Shown here: positions 57,522 to 64,000 of the stretch, piece after piece
Layout of the letters: each line of letters begins with the position of its first letter
Position numbering within the stretch: position 1 is the stretch's first letter
Translations under genes and position numbers: made by a program
The notes under the pieces: generated by a model
The model's database searches: none
The model's input: only the letters and a program-made list of their open reading frames with translations
Told to the model about the DNA's origin: nothing
From: an uncultured Acidimicrobiales bacterium
Lineage (GTDB): Bacteria; Actinomycetota; Acidimicrobiia; Acidimicrobiales; UBA8190
Length of the DNA stretch: 64,000 nt
Direction of reading: 5' to 3'
Assembly: GCA_963796765.1 (NCBI GenBank)
Contig: CAWCMY010000005.1
Coordinates: 173,918-237,917 of the forward strand

Positions 57522-58217
57522 ATGCGGGTCGCTCTCACCATCGACGTCGAGGACCCCGACCAGCACGGCCACGAGAGCCCCCACGCCGTCACCGCCATCC
57601 TCGCCGCGCTCGACGGGTCCGGGATCCGGGCCACGTTCTTCGTCCAGGGGCGTTGGCTGGCCGCCAATCCCGAGGCGGCGTCGAAACTCGCCGCCCACGG
57701 CCATCTGGTGGGAAACCACTCCTTCTTCCATGCCGACAGCCGGCTTCTCACACCGAAGGGGCTGCGTGAGGACGTCACGCGGAGCCACGACGAGATCGAG
57801 AAGAGGCTCGGCATCGACGCCCGGCCCTGGTACCGGCTCCCCTACGGGGCCGGGTCCGAGAGCCGGACCATCCGGCGGCGCCTGCGGAAGCTCGGGTACC
57901 AGCACGTGGGTTGGGACGTCGACGTGAAGGACTTCGCGGTGACCGATCCCGACGCGCTGGTCCCCGCGCTCGCGCTGGCCCTCTCCGAGCGCGAGCGGAT
58001 CGGCGCCACCCACTCCATCGTGCTTCTGCACTCGTGGACGGCGGTCACGGCCAAGGCCATGCCCGAGCTGTGCCGCTTCGTGGTCGAGCACTGCCAGGGC
58101 ACGGTGACGGTGGACGAGGTGCCGGGACGGGGTGCGGTCAAGCCCAGCACGGCGCTGAGCCGCTGGGCGCGGGGCCTCGCGGCGCGCACGCGGGTGGCGG
58201 AGCCTGGCGACTCCTGA
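57522..58217 (+). CDS. Polysaccharide deacetylase (CE4/NodB family, DVED-type first motif)
   Basis: MRVALTIDVEDP…, GHLVGNHSFFH (H-S-x-x-H), YRLPYGAG (RxPY) and IVLLHSW (LxH). Confidence 0.85.
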   Translation: MRVALTIDVEDPDQHGHESPHAVTAILAALDGSGIRATFFVQGRWLAANPEAASKLAAHGHLVGNHSFFHADSRLLTPKGLREDVTRSHDEIEKRLGIDARPWYRLPYGAGSESRTIRRRLRKLGYQHVGWDVDVKDFAVTDPDALVPALALALSERERIGATHSIVLLHSWTAVTAKAMPELCRFVVEHCQGTVTVDEVPGRGAVKPSTALSRWARGLAARTRVAEPGDS

Positions 58218-58298
58218 TCCTCATCCTCTCCGGCACCGACGGCGACGGCCACCTACGATGACGGCCGCGTCAGTCAGGGACGGGCTGAAGGGGAGCGT

Positions 58299-59726
58299 GT
58301 GATGAGAATGCAGGAAGAAGGTCGTCGACGGGCGCGCCCACGGACCACCTCCGCCCGGACCGCGGTGGGCCTCGTGGCGGGCGCGCTCATGCTGGCGGCG
58401 TGCTCGTCGGGCACCCCCACCGCCCACAAATCCACCACCACGACCGCCGCCCCGGCGTCGACCCCGACGGGTGCCACCGTCCCCCTCGTCGCCGGCGGCG
58501 ACCCCGGGAAGGCGGCGTACTTGGTCTACTGGGACCAGAACGAGGAGGTGGACTTCCTGTCCATGCCGTCGGGGACCCAGGGTCAGCTGATGCCGGCCTG
58601 GGACCTCAACGGCCAGGTGTGCCTCCTCCGGGACGGTCGCTTCGTGGGCGGGCTCGATCCCACCTTGCCTTCTCAGCACAACCTCGGCAGTGCCAAGCCG
58701 TACAAGCAGCCCGCCGACGGCTTGGAGCTGAACGAGCCCAACGGCTCGTTCAGCGGGCAGACCCTGTACGTGCCCGGCCCTTACAAGATGCCGGGTCAGA
58801 GCATCGGGAGTGACTCCCCCCCGAACGCCAACGGCGTGTTCAACAACAACCAGACCTACACGGGGTGCGCCGTCGACAAGGCGGGCAACGTGTTCGGCAA
58901 CGACATCGCCACCGCCCAGGGTGACTACCCGCCACCGAGCAGCGGACGGCTGGTGGAGTGGTTCGCCCCCAACTACACGACCTACTGCATCGTCTACGGC
59001 CCGACGGCGGGTGGGACGGGGCCGCATCACACCGACGGGACCGGCGGCCTGGCCCAGCCCGGGATGATGGCCCTGGCCGACAACGGTGACGTGCTCGTCC
59101 CCAACGTCGGGACCTCGAGTGTGCTGCGCTTCGCGGCCTCGTCGTTGCCTTCGAGCGCGGCCGACTGCCCGGGCGGGGTCTACCCCCGCACCAAGGTGCA
59201 CGTCTCCGCCTTCGTGAAGAACCTGGCCTTCCCGGCCGGTATCGCCAAGGACCCCACCTGTGACTGCTTCGCCGTGAGCACCTACATCGGGAGCCCGGGC
59301 ATCCGGTGGGTGACGAAGGACGGCGCCCCTGCGCCCGGACGGGGGACGGTGCCGGGGACCACGATCGCCGAGCTCGGCAAGAGCCCCGGTCAGTACAACC
59401 CCTTCGGCATGGCCGTGGCCCCCGACGGGACGCTGTACTTCATCGACATCCACGTCGTGTGCAAGGGGCCCCTGACCGGGTGCGGGCCGGGCAGCTACGG
59501 GGGCCGGGTCATGAAGGTGACGGTCACCAATGGCCAGCCGAGCGCTCCGGTGGCGGTCGCCACCGGGTTCGACTTCCCGACGAGCGTGACCCTGTGCGTC
59601 CCGGCCACCATGACGTGTCCCTATCCGACCGGCGCCATCGTGGCCCCCTTGTCGGGCCCGGCCGAGAACCCCGCCCCGGACAAAGGCCCACCGACCAACA
59701 CGCCCGCCACCGCAGGCTTCGGGTAA
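58299..59726 (+). CDS. Lipoprotein of unknown function (beta-rich, propeller-like)
   Basis: Basic N-terminus plus lipobox LMLAAC/SSG and a Thr/Pro linker. The 400-aa Gly/Asn/Pro-rich body has recurring …G.L..PG…DG…Y motifs (…MAVAPDGTLYFIDIH…). No family recognised. Confidence 0.6.
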   Translation: MMRMQEEGRRRARPRTTSARTAVGLVAGALMLAACSSGTPTAHKSTTTTAAPASTPTGATVPLVAGGDPGKAAYLVYWDQNEEVDFLSMPSGTQGQLMPAWDLNGQVCLLRDGRFVGGLDPTLPSQHNLGSAKPYKQPADGLELNEPNGSFSGQTLYVPGPYKMPGQSIGSDSPPNANGVFNNNQTYTGCAVDKAGNVFGNDIATAQGDYPPPSSGRLVEWFAPNYTTYCIVYGPTAGGTGPHHTDGTGGLAQPGMMALADNGDVLVPNVGTSSVLRFAASSLPSSAADCPGGVYPRTKVHVSAFVKNLAFPAGIAKDPTCDCFAVSTYIGSPGIRWVTKDGAPAPGRGTVPGTTIAELGKSPGQYNPFGMAVAPDGTLYFIDIHVVCKGPLTGCGPGSYGGRVMKVTVTNGQPSAPVAVATGFDFPTSVTLCVPATMTCPYPTGAIVAPLSGPAENPAPDKGPPTNTPATAGFG

Positions 59727-59732
59727 GGGCTC

Positions 59733-61419
59733 TTGTCCGAGTCGCGGTCGAGGCTGCCCCGGTCGAGGCTGCCCGGGTCCACGACGGCCGGGCGCACGGG
59801 GCCGGCCCGGGGCCGCTCGGCCCGGTGGCGAGGTTGGGCCGCGCTGACGGTGAGCGTGGTGCTGGCCAGTTGTGGCGCGGCGCGCAACTGTCGGTGTCAC
59901 CGCGACGACCACATTGCGGTCCACGACCACCGGGGCCTCGACCCCGGCTCCCACCGCACCGGCGGTTCCGACGACTCCGGGGGCGTGGGACTGGCCCACC
60001 TACGGTCACGACGCCCAACACACCTTCCACGGGCGGACCACGCTGACCAAGACCACGGTCAAGACGTTGCGCAAGGCGTGGGTGTTCACCACCGGCGACG
60101 CCGTGACGGCCACACCGACGGTGGTGGAGGGCGTCGTGTACGTCGGGTCCTGGGACGACTACTTCTACGCCATCGACCTCGAGACGGGGACGTTGCGATG
60201 GAAGGTGCGGCTCAAGTCCCAGAACGCGGTGACGCCGTACCCGGGCGAGGTGCACCGCAACCTCACGTCCGACGGCGGGCTCGTCACGTCTTCGGCGTGG
60301 TTCGAGCCCGCCAGTGCCGGTCGTCCCGCTCTCGTGATCTTCGGAGGCGGCTACACCCTGTACGCGCTCAACGCAACGGACGGCTCGGTGTACTGGGAGC
60401 ACGACTACACCGGGAGACCCGATCAACCACCGAGCCCCGACACCGACGGCACGCGCATCTTCTCCTCCCCCGTGGTCGAGAACGGCATCGTGCTCTTCGG
60501 GGTTGACGTCGACGGCGCCGCCGCCCACGGGGGGTATTTCGTGGGCGCGAGCCTGGCCACCGGCGATCCCGTGTGGCAATACCAGACCGACGTCGACGCC
60601 CAGGGGCACGTACTCGACGACGGGTGCGGCAGCGTGTGGTCGTCGGGAACGGTCCTGCCCGCCCTGGGGTTGGTCGTCTTCGGCACCGCTGACTGCGATT
60701 TTGCCAACAGCCACCCCATGGCGGAGTCCGTCATCGCCCTCCATGTCAACGATGGGGCCGTGGCCTGGCAGTACCGGCCGGCCCGTCCCGATCCCCAGTG
60801 TGACTGGGACTTCGGGGCCACCCCCAACGCCGGGGTCGACGCGGCGGGGAAGGCCGTCTTTCTGGGCGAGGGCTCCAAGGACGGCACCTATTACACGCTC
60901 GATCCCAGGACGGGAAAGCTGCGGTGGATGACGAACGTGGTCTTCGGGGGATTCTCGGGTGGGTTCATCGCCACCACCGCCTACGACGGCCAGCGGGTCT
61001 ACGGCGCCACCGCCGTCGGTGACTTCGGGCGCTTCGAGAGGAACAGCTCGAAGCAGCTGCTGTGCGACCCTTCCAACCCCCGTGACACCCCGTCGCAGGA
61101 GCCCACCGACGTCTCCTTCGACGCGGTGACCGGCAAGGTGCTTTGGCACGAGAACCTCTCGTCGTCCTTCGCTCCTGTCACCGTGGCGGGCGGCATGACC
61201 TTCAGCGGCCTGGCCCTGTCCAAGGCGGCCTTCGACGTGCGCGACGCGGGAACCGGGAAACTCGTCGCCCAGGTGGGGCTGCCCCAGGCCAACTGGTCGG
61301 GCATCGCCACGGTCGGTGACGCCGTCGTGCTCGGCCTCGGCAACACCTACAACCCGGCGCGCAACGGCATCGAGGTCCTCACCCCGGGCGGGGGCGCGCC
61401 GGTCGTCCCGACGACGTAG
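59733..61419 (+). pseudogene. Lipoprotein with PQQ-like beta-propeller repeats, one frame break near 59880
   Basis: Lipobox VVLASC/G in frame 59733, then Thr-rich linker and propeller in frame 59872: WDWPTYGHDAQHTF…TPTVVEGVVYVGSWDDYFYAIDLETGTLRWK…GYTLYALNATDGSVYWE…VIALHVNDGAVAWQY…TYYTLDPRTGKLRWM. Confidence 0.75.
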
Positions 61420-61432
61420 AGGGCAGCGCGGC

Positions 61433-63943
61433 TCAGCTCGCGGCGCGCGCCGCGGAAGGACGGGGACGCCAGAAGGCGGGGATGTCACGAGGCCGACGGG
61501 GCTCGGCCAGCAGGTAACCCTGGTAGAGGTCGCAGCCCAGCTGGCGCGCCACGTGGCGTTGCTGGCGGTTCTCCACGCCCTCGGCGATGACCCGCAACCC
61601 CAGGCCGTGCCCGAGCTCGGTGATGGCGGCCACGATGCGCTCGTCCTCGGCGTCGGTGCCGAGCCCGCTCACGAAGGACCGGTCGACCTTGATGTAGCTG
61701 ACCGGCAACCGCTTCAAGTGGCTCAGTGACGAGTAGCCGGTGCCGAAGTCGTCGATGGCGAGACGGACCCCGAACTCGCGCAGCTCCTCGAGCATGCCGT
61801 TGAGGTGACCGTCGTCAGAGACCAGTCCCGACTCGGTGATCTCGAGCATGAGGGCGCCGGCGGGCAGGCCGCTCTTCTCGAGGGCGTTGCGCAGGGCGGG
61901 CATGAGCTGCTGGCCGTCGAGCTGGCGCGGTGACACGTTGACGGCCAGGAAGGAGTCGGTGGCCTCGGGGTACATGGCCCGCCAGCGCGCCATCTGGGCG
62001 CAACCGGCTTCGAGGACCCATCCCCCGAGGGCCACGATGAGCTCGGACTCCTCGGCCAGGCCGACAAAGCGGGCCGGCAGGAGCAAGCCCCGGCGGGGGT
62101 GCTCCCAGCGGACCAGGGCCTCGAGGCCGAGCACGCGACCGTTGGCGAGCGAGGCCAGCGGCTGGTACTCGAGGCGGAGCTCGCCGTTCTCGACTGCGGT
62201 GCGCAGGTCGTGTTCGAGCTCGAGGCGGTTCCCGACCTCTTCGCGCAGCCCGGCATCGAAGATTGCCACACGCCCGCGCCCTCTGGTCTTGGCCTGGAGC
62301 ATGGCCATGTCGGCGTCCTGGAGTACATCGGACGCCTCGCGGCCGACATCGGCGAGGCGGACCAGCCCGATGCTCGGGGTCACCGACAACATACGGCCGG
62401 TGCTCAACTGGACGGGACGGGAGAGGATGGTGCGGAGTTCCTCGGCACGCTGCAAGGCGGCGTCGGTGTCGGTGATGTGGGGCTCGAGTGCGGCGAACTC
62501 GTCACCGTGGAGCCGACTCAGGCTGATGACGTCAGGCATGGTGGCCCGCAGGCGCTCGGCCACGGCCAACAGCACCTCGTCGCCCACGGCGTGACCGAGA
62601 GAGTCGTTGACGAGCTTGAACCGGTCGAGGTCGAAGAAGAACATGACGAGGGACTGCAACGTCTCGTCGTCGCTGCTCTCGATGGCGCTCTGAACGGCGG
62701 TGAGGAAGCCGCTGCGGTTGGCGAGCCCGGTCAGCGGGTCGTTGCGGGCTTCCCAGGCGAGGCGGTCGAGGAGCTGCTTGCGGTCGGTGATGTCGGACAC
62801 CGAGCAGACCACCGTGGCGTTGTCCGCTCCCTCGGAGTCCCCCAGCGGACGTGAGCTCACCGACAGCCACTGGTCCTTGCCGTGTTCGTCGCGCACGCCG
62901 ACGACGACGTTGGTGGTCGCCTCACGCCGTGCCAGGGCCACGGCCAAGGGCAGGGCGTCGGTCGGGAAGGGCGACCCGTCCTCGCGCACGGCCCGGCGAC
63001 CCCCGGTGAAGATCTCGTCACCGTGGCCGACGTGGAGACGGGTGCCGAGGATCCTCGTGGCCGAGTCGTTGGTGGCGGCCACGGCTCCTTCGCGGTCGAT
63101 CACGACGACACCTTCTTCGAGCGCGGCGACCGCCGCCGCGTAGCGCCGTTCGATCGCGGCGCGCGCCGCAGCGGCCTCTTCGGCCAGCTTGCGCTCCGAG
63201 ACGTCGCGCAAGATGACCTGGAAGGCGGGCTTGCCGCCCCAACTGGTGCGGGCGCTGGCCACCTCGACAGGCAGCTCGCTGCCGTCGTCGCGCACCATCA
63301 TCGCCTCGAACCCCTTCACCACGTCGCCGGGGTCCTTCAATTGGGCGAGCCGGGCGATCGTGGAGGTGAGGTCGTCGGGGCTGATGAACGAGGTGATCGG
63401 TCTGCCGATGGCGGCCTCGAGTGATTTCACCGCGCCCATGCGGAGACCGGCGGGGTTGGTGTAGACGACGAGGCCGTCCTGGTGGACGATGATGGCGTCG
63501 GGGGAGTGCTCGACCAGAAGGGTGAGCCGCTCACCGACATCCGCGGTGATCCAGGGCACCTCGCCGGGATCCGAGACGTCGGCCACGATGCCGAGGAACC
63601 GGGCCGGTACCGAGTCGGGCACGGCCACGGCCCGGACGAGCATCTTGTGGACTTCGCCGTCGGCCGATTCGAATTCCTGGACCAGTTCGTAGTTCTCCCA
63701 CGTCACCCCGGCCTTGACGGTCTGGACCAAGGGAGCGAGGACGGCTTCGCCGAGCTCGGTGGCGTAGAGGGGTTTGCCGTCCGCGCCGGGCGGCACGCGG
63801 TAGGTCCCATGGGGGTCCTGGCCCGCCAGGAGGCGTTCGAAGGGGGCGTGCCAGATGATGCCGGCGTCGGGGGCGATGAGCTCCCACACCACGACGTTGG
63901 TGAGATCGGAGATGGCCGTCAGCTGACGCGACGCGTCGGTCAT
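61433..63943 (-). CDS. Multi-PAS sensor with GGDEF (HGDEF variant) and EAL domains (c-di-GMP turnover)
   Basis: Intact 836 aa. The GGDEF domain reads …NDPLTGLANRSGFL…FFDLDRFKLVNDSLGHAVGDEVL…RLHGDEFAAL. The EAL domain has a full catalytic set: YQPL…GLEALVRW, NVSPRQL, LEITES, DDFGTGYSSLSHLKRLPVSYIKVD, AEGVEN, QGYLL. Confidence 0.9.
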   Translation of the reverse strand: MTDASRQLTAISDLTNVVVWELIAPDAGIIWHAPFERLLAGQDPHGTYRVPPGADGKPLYATELGEAVLAPLVQTVKAGVTWENYELVQEFESADGEVHKMLVRAVAVPDSVPARFLGIVADVSDPGEVPWITADVGERLTLLVEHSPDAIIVHQDGLVVYTNPAGLRMGAVKSLEAAIGRPITSFISPDDLTSTIARLAQLKDPGDVVKGFEAMMVRDDGSELPVEVASARTSWGGKPAFQVILRDVSERKLAEEAAAARAAIERRYAAAVAALEEGVVVIDREGAVAATNDSATRILGTRLHVGHGDEIFTGGRRAVREDGSPFPTDALPLAVALARREATTNVVVGVRDEHGKDQWLSVSSRPLGDSEGADNATVVCSVSDITDRKQLLDRLAWEARNDPLTGLANRSGFLTAVQSAIESSDDETLQSLVMFFFDLDRFKLVNDSLGHAVGDEVLLAVAERLRATMPDVISLSRLHGDEFAALEPHITDTDAALQRAEELRTILSRPVQLSTGRMLSVTPSIGLVRLADVGREASDVLQDADMAMLQAKTRGRGRVAIFDAGLREEVGNRLELEHDLRTAVENGELRLEYQPLASLANGRVLGLEALVRWEHPRRGLLLPARFVGLAEESELIVALGGWVLEAGCAQMARWRAMYPEATDSFLAVNVSPRQLDGQQLMPALRNALEKSGLPAGALMLEITESGLVSDDGHLNGMLEELREFGVRLAIDDFGTGYSSLSHLKRLPVSYIKVDRSFVSGLGTDAEDERIVAAITELGHGLGLRVIAEGVENRQQRHVARQLGCDLYQGYLLAEPRRPRDIPAFWRPRPSAARAAS

Positions 63944-64000
63944 CTGATCGAAGGCTCCCGCGGGGACGAGCGGGGGCGCGCTCCGCAGAAGCCCGAGACG

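Overview
High-GC (about 70%) chromosomal segment with Actinomycetota-type gene content (recA with a Cheo-type SOS box, class E sortase, DUF4012, DUF3048). Lineage is an inference only.

Layout:
- (1) 0.1-3.7 kb: FTR1 iron permease, a small hypothetical gene and a CYTH-CHAD gene.
- (2) 3.8-15.2 kb: three secreted IPT/TIG-repeat surface proteins. Two end in a six-fold 43-aa GYWMxGxDGGVFxFGDAGF repeat. Two start with a purple-acid-phosphatase-like metallophosphoesterase. The third is a 5.4-kb gene built from nested near-identical tandem repeats.
- (3) 15.2-27.8 kb: lower-GC accessory blocks. They carry three FemAB/CelD-like GNAT paralogues, an NTase / 2H-phosphoesterase / NTase cassette, a Wzx flippase, GT2, GT4 and GT14 glycosyltransferases and an ATP-grasp enzyme.
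- (4) 27.8-41.9 kb: mostly core genes. These are NUDIX, cbs plus a metB-like gene, tRNA-Ser(GCU), rimO, pgsA, cinA, purU, thpR, recA, DUF3048, a hexapeptide acetyltransferase, sortase E and an LMW-PTP.
- (5) 41.9-58.2 kb: a Wzx/Wzy-type glycopolymer locus. It holds DUF4012, a mini LPFTG protein, the priming phosphoglycosyl transferase, four glycosyltransferases, a Wzy-like polymerase, a BY-kinase, a GT2-CE4 fusion, a flippase and a CE4 deacetylase.
- (6) 58.3-64 kb: two lipoprotein propeller-type proteins and a PAS-HGDEF-EAL c-di-GMP protein.

Major caveat: between 1 and about 33.2 kb most genes, including housekeeping ones, can only be read through many frame switches. From 33.2 to 64 kb the frames are almost clean. 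I treat this as probable consensus indel error. Interrupted genes are typed pseudogene only to flag the broken frame, and their coordinates are approximate.

No CRISPR array, transposase or integrase was seen. All family calls come from motif recognition by eye; no searches were run.
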